From Candidatus Eiseniibacteriota bacterium (GTDB lineage: Bacteria > Eisenbacteria > RBG-16-71-46), in contig JBGPFC010000002.1 of the NCBI GenBank assembly GCA_041483195.1, positions 64,001-128,000 on the forward strand: a stretch of DNA of 64,000 bases, read 5' to 3'. Within the stretch, counting starts at the first letter, position 1, and every line of letters starts with the position of its first letter. The notes below the pieces were generated by a model. That model was not told the origin of the DNA. It saw nothing but the letters and a program-made list of their open reading frames with translations, and ran no database searches. A program made the translations under genes and the position numbers. Shown here piece after piece: positions 19,050 through 28,244 of the stretch.

Positions 19050-20198
19050 ATGCGCATCGCGCTGCTCGGTCCCGTGGCACCCTGGCGTGGCGGGCTCGCG
19101 CAGTACCTCGCGCTGCTGGGCGAGGCGCTGATGCCGGTCGCGGAGGTGCGGGGCGTGACCTTCACCCGGCAGTATCCCGGCTTCCTGTTTCCGGGGCAGA
19201 GCCAGCTCGACCCGTCCGCCGAGCGGCCGCGATTCCCGGTGGTGGCGCTGCTCGATTCGATCGATCCCCTCTCATGGCGCCGCGCCGCCGCGCAGCTCGA
19301 ACGGTTCGCGCCCGGCGCGGTGATCCTCAAGTGGTGGCTCCCCTTCTTCGGACCGGCGTTCGCATCGGCGGTCGGTCCGCTGCGGCGCCGCGGCACGCGC
19401 GTGGTGCTGGTGTGCGACAATCTGGTTCCGCATGAGAGACGTCCGCTCGACCGGGAGCTCACGGCCTGGATGCTTCGGAATTCCGACGGATACCTGGTGA
19501 TGAGCGAGAGCGTGGAGCGCGACCTCGACCGGTTGAAGCCCGGCGCGGCGCGCCGCCGCGTGCTGCATCCGCTGTACGCGCAGTTCGACCGCGGGCGGTG
19601 GACGCGCGCGAGCGCGCGCGCGATGCTGGGGCTCGCGCCCGACGCCGAGGTCGCGCTGTTCTTCGGCTACGTCCGGCATTACAAGGGACTCGACACGCTG
19701 CTCGCCGCGTGGCCGGCGGTGCGCGCGCGGCGTCCGGTGACGCTGCTGGTCGCCGGCGAGTTCTACGAGGACGCTGCGCCCTATCGCGCGCTCGCTCAGG
19801 CCGCGGGCGGTGAGCCCGGCGTGCGGCTGCTCGATCGCTACCTGCCCGACGCGGAGGTCGAGGCGGTGTTCAAGGCGGCGGACGTCGCGGTGCTGCCCTA
19901 TCGGTCCGCCACGCAGAGCGGCGTCACGCACGTCGCCTATGCGCTCGGCGTTCCGGTGATCACCACCGACGTGGGCGGGCTCGCCGAAACCGTGATCCCC
20001 GGGGAGACCGGCCTGGTGGTGCCGCCGGAGAACCCGGCGGCGATCGCGGACGCCGTCGTGCGCTTCTTCGAGCGCGGCATGGGGCCGGCGCTGCGAGAGG
20101 GCGTCGACCGGTTGCGCCACGCGCACTCGTGGGACGCGCTCGCCACCCGGACGCTCGAGCTGGTGGACGCGCTCGCGCCGGAGCGGGGATGGCGATGA
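19050..20198 (+). CDS. Glycosyltransferase family 4
   Basis: PWRGGLAQY, FFGYVRHYKGLD, LPYRSATQSGV, TDVGGLAE. Confidence 0.9.
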   Translation: MRIALLGPVAPWRGGLAQYLALLGEALMPVAEVRGVTFTRQYPGFLFPGQSQLDPSAERPRFPVVALLDSIDPLSWRRAAAQLERFAPGAVILKWWLPFFGPAFASAVGPLRRRGTRVVLVCDNLVPHERRPLDRELTAWMLRNSDGYLVMSESVERDLDRLKPGAARRRVLHPLYAQFDRGRWTRASARAMLGLAPDAEVALFFGYVRHYKGLDTLLAAWPAVRARRPVTLLVAGEFYEDAAPYRALAQAAGGEPGVRLLDRYLPDAEVEAVFKAADVAVLPYRSATQSGVTHVAYALGVPVITTDVGGLAETVIPGETGLVVPPENPAAIADAVVRFFERGMGPALREGVDRLRHAHSWDALATRTLELVDALAPERGWR

Positions 20199-21751
20199 AG
20201 GGGCCGGTGGGAAGCCCGCGCGCGACGGCGCTCGCGATCGGCCTCGCCGTGTTCTGGATCTACGCGCTCACCGGCGGCGGACGCATCGTGGGCAGCGACG
20301 AGATCGCGATGTTCGACCTCTCGCGCGCGATGCTGCACGGGCACATCGATGTTCCCGAGAGTTCGACCCTCAAGGGCGTAGGCGGGCGTTTCTACACGAA
20401 GAATGCCGCCGGGCAGGCGGTGATCGCGCTCCCCATCGTCGCCCTCGCGGAGGGCGCGGCCCGGGCGAGCGGACTTCCCGCCGCCGGCCGCGAGCTCGCC
20501 GCCCGATTCGTCGTCTCATTCTTCAACGCAGCGGTCGCAGCCCTGCTCATCGGACTGTTCTATCTCGGCGCTCGCCGGCTGGGCATCGGAGCGCGCCCCG
20601 CGCTTGGCGCAGCCGCGATGCTGGCCTTCACGACGCCGCTCTGGGTGTACTCGAAGAGCTTCATGGCGGAGCCGCTCGAGGCGCTGGGACTCCTGCTGGT
20701 TTGCGTCGATGCGGCCCGAGCCCGGGCGAATGAGACTCGCGACGCGCGTTACGCCGGGATCGGTGCGTGCCTCGCGATCTCGGTCAAGCTCAGCATGCTG
20801 GCGCCGGCGCTCGTTCTGTGCGCGACGATCCTGGGGTCGCGTCCTCGTCTGTGGGTCTGGCCGGCGATCGGGATCGCCATCGCGCTTGCCGGACATGCGT
20901 TCTACGACCTGAAGCGATCGGGCGCCGTGCTCGCGACCGGCTACGGTGCACAGGCGACCCCGGCCGCGTACACGACGCCCCTGCTCGTCGGTCTCTACGG
21001 ATTGCTGCTCTCGTCCGGCAAGGGCGTGATGTGGTTTGCGCCGGTGCTGTGGCTCGTACCCCGTGGCTGGTCGGCCATGAGCCGCGGGGGAGCGCACCGC
21101 GCCGACGCGCCGCTGCGGCGCCGCGCAGCGTGGTACGCGGGGTGGGGGATCCTCCTGGCATGCGTCGCGTGCCTGGCGCTCTACGCGAAGTTTCAGCACT
21201 GGGCCGGCGACGGCTCGTGGGGGCCGCGCTATCTCGTGCCGCTCCTCCCGCTTGCGTTCCTCGCCGTCGCGTTCGCGCTCCATGGCGCCTCGCGCAATCG
21301 GCGCCGGCTCGCGTGGGCGCTCGCGCTGGCCGGGCTGATCGTGCAGATCGGCGGCGTGTCGATTTATTTTGGAGCGCAGATGCGCGAGGCGGGCGATTAC
21401 CCGTACCGCGTTCCACTCGAAGATCCACGCTCGATGAGCGACAGCCATTTCAATCCGGCGTTCAGCCCGATCGCCGCGCACTGGGGCATGCTCGCCCGCA
21501 ACGCGGGGGAGCATCTGCGGGGCGCCGCGCCGCGGCTCTCGGGCGGGGGCGAGGTCGACCCGCGGCTGGGCGTGAGCGCGGCCGACCAGCGGCAGCTGCT
21601 TCACGCCCTCGATTTCTGGTGGGCCTACATGGGCTACGCCGGCATCGCGCGCGGCGCGATTCTCGGCGCGATCGGAGTGCTGCTCGCGCTCGCGGGGGCC
21701 GCGCTGATCGTGCTGCGCCGGGCGCTCGCGGCCGAGGCCCGCGCGGGATGA
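20195..21751 (+). CDS. Multi-TM GT-C-type (lipid-carrier-dependent) glycosyltransferase-like protein
   Basis: N-terminal TM followed by GSDE acidic motif, ~11 TMs, GLLLSSGKG, WGPRYLVP. Confidence 0.65.
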   Translation: MKGPVGSPRATALAIGLAVFWIYALTGGGRIVGSDEIAMFDLSRAMLHGHIDVPESSTLKGVGGRFYTKNAAGQAVIALPIVALAEGAARASGLPAAGRELAARFVVSFFNAAVAALLIGLFYLGARRLGIGARPALGAAAMLAFTTPLWVYSKSFMAEPLEALGLLLVCVDAARARANETRDARYAGIGACLAISVKLSMLAPALVLCATILGSRPRLWVWPAIGIAIALAGHAFYDLKRSGAVLATGYGAQATPAAYTTPLLVGLYGLLLSSGKGVMWFAPVLWLVPRGWSAMSRGGAHRADAPLRRRAAWYAGWGILLACVACLALYAKFQHWAGDGSWGPRYLVPLLPLAFLAVAFALHGASRNRRRLAWALALAGLIVQIGGVSIYFGAQMREAGDYPYRVPLEDPRSMSDSHFNPAFSPIAAHWGMLARNAGEHLRGAAPRLSGGGEVDPRLGVSAADQRQLLHALDFWWAYMGYAGIARGAILGAIGVLLALAGAALIVLRRALAAEARAG

Positions 21752-22656
21752 AGCGCCTCGTCATCGTGGTCCTCAACTGGAACGGGCTCGAGGATACGCG
21801 CGCGCTGCTCAACAGCCTCGCGCGATGCCGCGAGCCCGGGGGCTGGAGCGCGTCGGTGCTGGTCGTCGACAACGGCTCGACCGACGGCTCGGTCGCGGCG
21901 CTCGGCGCGGAGTTTCCGCGGATCGCGCTGCTCGCGCTCCCCGACAATTTGAGATTTGCGGGCGGGAACAACGCGGGGGTGCGGCGCGCGCTCGAAGAGG
22001 GCGCGGACGCGGTCATGCTGCTCAACAACGACACCGAGGCCGACCCCGCGCTGGTCGAGCGCATGCTGCTCGCGCTCGACCAGCATCCCGAGGCCGGCGC
22101 CCTGGGCCCGCTCATCTACTACGGCGCCCCGAGCCAGCGCATCTGGTACGCGGGCGGGCGCTGCGTCGTCGGGTGGGGACACACCGCGCATCGCGGGCTG
22201 CGCGATCTCGATCGCGGCCAGTACCGATCGATCGAGTCGACCGGCTATCTCACCGGCTGCTGCCTGCTCGCGCGGCGCGAGGCGTGGGAGCGCGTGGGCC
22301 TGCTCGACGAGCGCTACTTCATCTACGCGGAGGACGCGGACTGGAGCCTGCGCGCGCGTCGCGCGGGGCTGCGCCTGCTGTTCGTGCCCACCGCGCGGCT
22401 CTGGCACAGGGTGAGCGCGACCGCCGGCGACGCGAGCCCGTGGAAGATCTATCAGCGCTCGCGCGCGAACCTCACGCTTTACGCACGCCACGCGCGCGGG
22501 GTCGCGAGGGTCACGTGGATGCCGGCGTTTCTCGCGCAGCAGCTCGCGCTCGCGGCGTGGCTGCTGGTCCGGGGCCGGGGCGCGGCCGCGGTCGCGGTGC
22601 CGCGCGCGTTGTGGGACGCGGCGCGCGGGCGGCCCCCCGCGGCGGTGGCGCCGTGA
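21748..22656 (+). CDS. Glycosyltransferase family 2 (rhamnosyltransferase-like)
   Basis: VVLNWNG, VVDNGSTDGS, FAGGNN, LLNNDT, LLDERYFIYAEDADW. Confidence 0.9.
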   Translation: MKRLVIVVLNWNGLEDTRALLNSLARCREPGGWSASVLVVDNGSTDGSVAALGAEFPRIALLALPDNLRFAGGNNAGVRRALEEGADAVMLLNNDTEADPALVERMLLALDQHPEAGALGPLIYYGAPSQRIWYAGGRCVVGWGHTAHRGLRDLDRGQYRSIESTGYLTGCCLLARREAWERVGLLDERYFIYAEDADWSLRARRAGLRLLFVPTARLWHRVSATAGDASPWKIYQRSRANLTLYARHARGVARVTWMPAFLAQQLALAAWLLVRGRGAAAVAVPRALWDAARGRPPAAVAP

Positions 22657-23498
22657 GCGCGCCCGAGTGGGTGCGCAAGCCGGCGCGCGGGCCGGGCGAT
22701 CCTCCGCTCTTCCTCTACGAGATGGTGGACGCGGCGGCGGCCGGCGCGCGCGTGCTGGACGCCGGCTGCGGGCCGGGCTCGTGGGACTACCCGCGGCGGC
22801 CGGATCTCGCGATCACCGGCTTCGACGTGAAGTTTCCTCCCGGCCCGCCCGCGCGCGGCCCGCGGGTCACGGTGTTCCGCGGCGACCTCGCGCGGCTGCC
22901 GCTACGCGATGGGAGCTTCGATCTCACGGTGTGTCACTACGTGCTCGAGCACGTCACCGCCCTCGGCGCGTGCTGCGACGAGTTGGCCCGCGTGACGCGC
23001 GCCGGGGGCTCGCTCTACCTCTCGGTCCCGCGGGCCGCGGCCTTCGACGACCGGCTCTACCGTTTCGCGGGATACTTCGCGAAGTTCGCGCTGCTGAAGC
23101 TCCGCAAGCGGATCGAGCACCAGCAGCGCTTCGACTTCGAGATGCTGGTCTCGCTGTTCGCCGCGCGCGGATTCGAGCCGGTCGCGCTGGCGCGCGTGCC
23201 CGCCGGGTTCTCGTGGATGAACGACGCGCGCACCAGGTCCCTGCAGGGACCGTTCACCGACACGCTCGCTTTGCTCCACCGCGTGACGGGGATCGATCTG
23301 GCTCGCGACGCCAACTTCGTGCTCGCGTTCGTGAAGAGTGGGAGGGCCGGCGCGCGCCGCGTCCCGGCGGAGCGCCGCGTGACGCACGTGTGCCGCGCCT
23401 GCGGCGAGCACAGCGTGCTCGATCCGCCGCGCCCGTGGCCGGCGCGCTGGAGCTGCCCGTGGTGCGGGGCCGTGAACCCGTTCGGGAGGCCGCGGTGA
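22653..23498 (+). CDS. SAM-dependent methyltransferase with C-terminal Cys4 motif
   Basis: VLDAGCGPG, LPLRDGSFDL, YVLEHV; C-terminal CRAC...CPWC. Confidence 0.8.
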   Translation: MSAPEWVRKPARGPGDPPLFLYEMVDAAAAGARVLDAGCGPGSWDYPRRPDLAITGFDVKFPPGPPARGPRVTVFRGDLARLPLRDGSFDLTVCHYVLEHVTALGACCDELARVTRAGGSLYLSVPRAAAFDDRLYRFAGYFAKFALLKLRKRIEHQQRFDFEMLVSLFAARGFEPVALARVPAGFSWMNDARTRSLQGPFTDTLALLHRVTGIDLARDANFVLAFVKSGRAGARRVPAERRVTHVCRACGEHSVLDPPRPWPARWSCPWCGAVNPFGRPR

Positions 23499-23559
23499 CC
23501 GGCGCGACGCGATGCGCCGGGGCGCACGCCACGCGGCCCGCGAGCCTCCGGGAGTGCCC

Positions 23560-25008
23560 ATGCGCGAAGCATTGAAGAAGCTCACCGGCGAGTCGCTGAT
23601 CTACGGCGTGGGTCAGGCGAGCGGCCGTGCCGTGCAGCTGCTGCTGGTGCCGCTGCTCACGCGTCTGCTGGATCCCCAGGCGTTCGCCGTTGGCGACCTG
23701 ATGATGGCGTACTCGCAGACCGCGATCCTGGTCATGGTGTGCGGCATGGACGGCGCGCTCGCGCGATTCTTCTACCAGGAGCCCGATCGCGAGGCCCGCA
23801 TCCGAATGGCCTCCTCCTCGCTCGTCTTCCGGCTCGCGACCGGCACCGTGGTCGCGGGGCTGCTGTGGCTGCTGGCGGCGCCGCTCGCGGCGTTGCTGGT
23901 GGGCAACGCGGTGTACGCGAAGTACGTGCGGATCGGGGCGGTGACGATCCCCTTCACGCTCCTCGTCCTGTTCGGCAACGACGTCCTGCGGGTGACATTT
24001 CAGCCCGGAAAATTCGTCGCGCTCAACATCACCCAGACGATCCTGGTGGGCGCGTGCTCGCTCTGGTTCGTGTGGCGCATGCATCTCGGCGTGGTGGGCG
24101 TGCTCTACGGACGGTTGCTCGGCGACGCCGCGAGCGCGGCGATGTCGATGGTGCTGGTGCGGCACACCGTGCGCCCGCGCTTCAGCTCCGCCGCGCTGAG
24201 GCGCATGCTGGCATACGGCGCTCCGGCGGTGCCCGCCATGTTCGCGTACGGCCTGATCGCTTCGGCCGACCGCTTCGCGCTGCAGCGCTGGTGCTCGCTC
24301 GAGGCGGTCGCGGTGTACGCGGTGGCCATCAAGTTCTTCGCGGTCGTCGCCATCGGCGTCTCCGCGTTCCAGCTCGCCTACGGCCCGTTCGCGTTCGCGC
24401 GAGCGCAGACGCCGGATGCGCCGCGATTGTTCGCGCGCGTGTTCGCGGCCTACGTCGTCGCCGCGTGCCTGGGCGCGCTGCTGGTCGCGGAGTTCGCGCC
24501 GGCGATCCTCGGGGTGCTGGTGCCGGCGAGCTACGCGGGCGCCGCGTGGCCGGCGGCGTGGCTCGCCTTTGCGGCGGTCGCGCTGGGCGCATACACTGTG
24601 GCCTCGATCGGCATCGGCCTCGCGCTGCGAACGCCGCTCCTGAACTGGTGCGCCGGCGGCGCCGCGCTGGTGGCCATCTCTGGAAACGCCCTCCTCACCC
24701 CGCGCTTCGGTCCTTCGGGGGCTGCGGTCGCGACCCTGCTCGGGTACGTTGCCTCGTCGGTGATCACGTATGGGATCGCGCAGCGCGTTCATCCGCTGCC
24801 GTATCGAGGCGGGCGTCTGCTGGCGGTCTTCTCGCTCGCGCTCGCGCTCGCGCTGGGCGCGCAGCGATTCGCGCCGCCGGGCGCCGCGGGAGTAGCGGTC
24901 AAGCTGGGCGCCGCGCTGGTGTTCGTGGCGGCCTGCGCCCGGCTCGGGATGTGGACGGTGCGTGGCTCGGTGGCGGCCGAGCGCCCGGGAGACACGTCGC
25001 GCGCATGA
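23560..25008 (+). CDS. Wzx-like oligosaccharide flippase
   Basis: LKKLTGESLIYG...LLLVPLLTRLL, GMDGALARFF, ADRFAL; ~12-14 TMs. Confidence 0.88.
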   Translation: MREALKKLTGESLIYGVGQASGRAVQLLLVPLLTRLLDPQAFAVGDLMMAYSQTAILVMVCGMDGALARFFYQEPDREARIRMASSSLVFRLATGTVVAGLLWLLAAPLAALLVGNAVYAKYVRIGAVTIPFTLLVLFGNDVLRVTFQPGKFVALNITQTILVGACSLWFVWRMHLGVVGVLYGRLLGDAASAAMSMVLVRHTVRPRFSSAALRRMLAYGAPAVPAMFAYGLIASADRFALQRWCSLEAVAVYAVAIKFFAVVAIGVSAFQLAYGPFAFARAQTPDAPRLFARVFAAYVVAACLGALLVAEFAPAILGVLVPASYAGAAWPAAWLAFAAVALGAYTVASIGIGLALRTPLLNWCAGGAALVAISGNALLTPRFGPSGAAVATLLGYVASSVITYGIAQRVHPLPYRGGRLLAVFSLALALALGAQRFAPPGAAGVAVKLGAALVFVAACARLGMWTVRGSVAAERPGDTSRA

Positions 25009-25038
25009 GCGCGGCGGCCTGAAGAGGAGGCGCTGGGG

Positions 25039-27117
25039 ATGTGCGGAATCGCGGGACTGTACGAGACGCGCGGACGAGCCGACCTCGGACGTCTCTCGCA
25101 GATGTCGCGGCTGTTGCGGCATCGCGGGCCGGACGACGAGGGCATCGTGCTCATCGATCCCGGCGCCGGACAGAGCGTGACGCTGGGCGGCCCGGACACG
25201 CCGGCCGACGTGTATGCGAGCGCGCATCCCTACGCACCGGGCCGCACCGCGGGGGCACGGCGCGACGCGCGCCTGGGCATCGGCCTGCTGCACCGGCGGC
25301 TCTCGATCGTGGATCTGAGCCCGGGCGGCCATCAGCCGATGTGCGACGGCGCCGGGCGGCTCTGGATCACGTACAACGGCGAGATCTACAACTACGTCGA
25401 GCTGCGCGCCGAACTCGAGGGGCTGGGCGAGCGCTTCACGAGCGCCAGCGACACCGAGGTCATCCTCGCGGCGTATCGCCGTTTCGGACCCGATTGCCTC
25501 CAGCGTTTCAACGGAATGTTCGCGTTCGCGCTGTGGGACGGAGAGCGCCACGAGCTGTTCTGCGCCCGCGACCGCTTCGGCGTGAAGCCGTTCTATTATC
25601 AATGGGACGGCGCGCGGTTCGCGTTCGCGTCCGAGCCGCGCGCGCTGGTGCTCACCCAGCCTCGCCGCATCGCGGCGCGGCTCGAAGCGGTGCGCGACCT
25701 GATCGCGCTCGACTGGGTGGATCACGAGGCCCACACGTTCTTCGAAGGGCTGCTGGCCCTGCCCGCCGCGCACTCCCTCACGTTGTCCGAGCGCGGGCTC
25801 GCGCTGCGGCGCTGGTGGTCGCTCGATCCCGGCGCGCGCGCGACCGGAGACCCGCGGGAATGGACCGCAACGTTCGAGCGACTCTTCACCGACGCGGTGC
25901 GCGTGCGCCTGCGGGCCGACGTCGAGGTGGGGTCGTGCCTCTCGGGGGGCCTCGATTCATCGGCGGTCGTGACGACGGCGTCGCGCATCGCGGCGCGCCC
26001 GCTGCACGCGTTCAGCTGCGCCTACGACGAGGGCCCGACGTTCGACGAGCGGGCGTTCGCGCGGCTCACGGTGGACGCGAGCGGAGCGATCCCGCACGTG
26101 GTCGTGCCGGACGGCGCGGATTTCTGGAGCGCGTTCGACCGCCTGCACGACCTGCAGGGCGAGCCGACCGCGGGCCCCGGGCTCTATTCGCAGTGGAAGG
26201 TGATGGAGCTGGCGCACGGCGCGGGGCTCAAGGTGCTGCTCGACGGACAGGGCGGCGACGAGACGCTCGCCGGCTACTTCCGTTACCTGCCGATCCGGCT
26301 CCGAGATCTGCTCTCCGCCGGGAACTTCGGGGGCTTCGCCGCGCTGTGGGGCGGCGTATCGAACCGGCTCGGAGCCTCGACCGCGCTCGCACTCACGTTC
26401 GAGCCGTGGCTTCCGTCCGCCCTGATCGCCCCGCTGCGTCGCCGCTTCGGACAGGGGAAGGACCGCGTGCTGGGTGAGGCCATGCGCGCCCTCCCGCCGC
26501 GCGGACTGCCGCGCCCGCCCCGCGGGTGGGAAAGCGGGCTCCAGCGGCAGCTCGCGTTCGACACGCTGCAGCGTCTGCTGCCCTCGCTGCTCCGCTACGA
26601 AGACCGCAACAGCATGGCGTTCTCGATCGAGACCCGACTCCCGTTCCTGGACTACCGGCTGGTCGAGTTCGCGTTCTCGTTGCCAGACGACCAGCGGCTC
26701 GATGGGATCACGACCAAGGCCATCATGCGCCGCGCGCTCGCGGATCGCGTGCCGGCTCCGGTGCTGGATCGCAAGGACAAGATGGGTTTCGAGACGCCCA
26801 CCGACCTGTGGTTGCGCGGACGCTTCGCCGCCGAGGCGCGACGCCGGCTTGGATCCCCCGGCCCGCTGCACGAGTGGCTCGATCCCGCCGCGCTCGGGGC
26901 GGAGCTCGACGGCTACCTGTCCGGCCGTCGCGCGATCGGGCTTCAGGTCTGGCGCTGGCTCGCGCTCGAGTCATGGACGCGCCGCTACCTGGTCTCGGAT
27001 CCCCGGGTCAACGAGCGCGGTTCGGAACCCGCGCTCCACGCGGGCCGCCATCTCCAGTATGCCGAAGTCGTGGAGCGCCGAGCGCGCGAAGCTGCGCTCG
27101 CCGGCCGGCCCGCCTAG
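25039..27117 (+). CDS. asnB: Asparagine synthase-like glutamine amidotransferase
   Basis: MCGIAG, HRGPDDEG, HRRLSIVDL, YNGEIYNY, RDRFGVKP, LSGGLDSS, DGQGGDE, RLPFLDYRLVE. Confidence 0.92.
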   Translation: MCGIAGLYETRGRADLGRLSQMSRLLRHRGPDDEGIVLIDPGAGQSVTLGGPDTPADVYASAHPYAPGRTAGARRDARLGIGLLHRRLSIVDLSPGGHQPMCDGAGRLWITYNGEIYNYVELRAELEGLGERFTSASDTEVILAAYRRFGPDCLQRFNGMFAFALWDGERHELFCARDRFGVKPFYYQWDGARFAFASEPRALVLTQPRRIAARLEAVRDLIALDWVDHEAHTFFEGLLALPAAHSLTLSERGLALRRWWSLDPGARATGDPREWTATFERLFTDAVRVRLRADVEVGSCLSGGLDSSAVVTTASRIAARPLHAFSCAYDEGPTFDERAFARLTVDASGAIPHVVVPDGADFWSAFDRLHDLQGEPTAGPGLYSQWKVMELAHGAGLKVLLDGQGGDETLAGYFRYLPIRLRDLLSAGNFGGFAALWGGVSNRLGASTALALTFEPWLPSALIAPLRRRFGQGKDRVLGEAMRALPPRGLPRPPRGWESGLQRQLAFDTLQRLLPSLLRYEDRNSMAFSIETRLPFLDYRLVEFAFSLPDDQRLDGITTKAIMRRALADRVPAPVLDRKDKMGFETPTDLWLRGRFAAEARRRLGSPGPLHEWLDPAALGAELDGYLSGRRAIGLQVWRWLALESWTRRYLVSDPRVNERGSEPALHAGRHLQYAEVVERRAREAALAGRPA

Positions 27118-28244
27118 TGGATCTCGTCGTCCTCTCCGAGGTGCGATGGGGATACTTCCGGACGCGGAAGCAGTTTCTGCTCTCGCGATTTCCCGAGCGC
27201 TGGCGCGTGTTCTTCGCGCAGCCCCCCGCATTCGGCGCGGACGATCCCTGGTCGCCGCGGCGCGAAGGCAACGTCACCTATTTCACGGTGCCCTTCCTCA
27301 AGCCGGGCACCACGAGCGCGCTCTACAACCGCGCGATCGACGCGCGGCCGGGCCGCGCGCTGGTGGAATGGTTCGCCGAGCGAGCGCTGCGCGCGCGGCT
27401 GCGAGCGCTGGGCGTCGAGCGGAACCCGGCGGTGCTGGTCTCGAACATCTACTGCCCGGGCGCGCTTTCGCGGCTCTCGCGCAAACTGGTATTCTATGAC
27501 TTCAACGACAGTCCCTTTCAGTTCGCCCGGGTGCCGGAATGGGCGAAGGACTACTGGCGGCGCACCTTGCGCGAGGTGGATGCCCTGTTCGTGGTCTCTG
27601 AGTATTACCGCCGCCAACTCGCGGCGGAGACCGCCAAGCCGCTGATTCCGCTCGGCAACGGCGTGGAGTTCGCGCACTTCGAGGCGCCGCGCCCGGCTCC
27701 GCCCGAGCTTCGGCGTCTGCCCCGTCCGCTGATCGGCTACGTGGGGCTGCTCTCGCACTTCCTGGATTTCGAGATGCTCGAGGGCCTGAGGCGGGAACGC
27801 CGGGGGGGAACGCTCGTGCTGATCGGGCCCGGGACCCCGGCGACCGGCGCGGCGTTGAAGGAATTCGCGGCGCGCGAAGGCGTCGCGCTGATCGGCCCGC
27901 GCCCCTACGCCGAGATCCCCGCCTGGATGCAGGCGCTCGACGTTGGCGTCATTCCGTTCCGGGCGGGCGATCCGTTCGTGCAGGGAATCAACCCCAACAA
28001 GGTGTACCAGTACCTGGCGTCCGGATTGCCCGTGGTCACCACGCCGGTGCTCGATCTCGAGCCGTCGCCGCCGCACCTGCAGTTCGCCACCGATGCCGCG
28101 ACGATGACGGCCGCCGTGCACCGCGCGCTCGAGGCGCCCGCCGAACGCGAGGCGCGGCGAGCGCTCGCGCGGCCCCACGACTGGGGCGTGCTCGCCGCGC
28201 GCATGGTCGACGAGATCGAGCGCCGCCTCGATCGGGCGTCGTGA
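27117..28244 (+). CDS. Glycosyltransferase (GT4/TuaH-like)
   Basis: LGNGVEFAHF, IGYVG, DVGVIPF, NPNKVYQYLASGLPVVTT; GTG start overlapping asnB stop. Confidence 0.85.
   Translation: MDLVVLSEVRWGYFRTRKQFLLSRFPERWRVFFAQPPAFGADDPWSPRREGNVTYFTVPFLKPGTTSALYNRAIDARPGRALVEWFAERALRARLRALGVERNPAVLVSNIYCPGALSRLSRKLVFYDFNDSPFQFARVPEWAKDYWRRTLREVDALFVVSEYYRRQLAAETAKPLIPLGNGVEFAHFEAPRPAPPELRRLPRPLIGYVGLLSHFLDFEMLEGLRRERRGGTLVLIGPGTPATGAALKEFAAREGVALIGPRPYAEIPAWMQALDVGVIPFRAGDPFVQGINPNKVYQYLASGLPVVTTPVLDLEPSPPHLQFATDAATMTAAVHRALEAPAEREARRALARPHDWGVLAARMVDEIERRLDRAS

Noticed and set aside
20340..21460. Apparently more A/T at third codon positions inside the GT-C gene, suggesting a recombined patch
   Set aside because: Impression by eye only; needs a sliding-window GC3 calculation, and the ORF is intact
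24831..24853. CTCGCG tandem repeats here and elsewhere
   Set aside because: They encode Leu-Ala runs in TM helices using preferred codons
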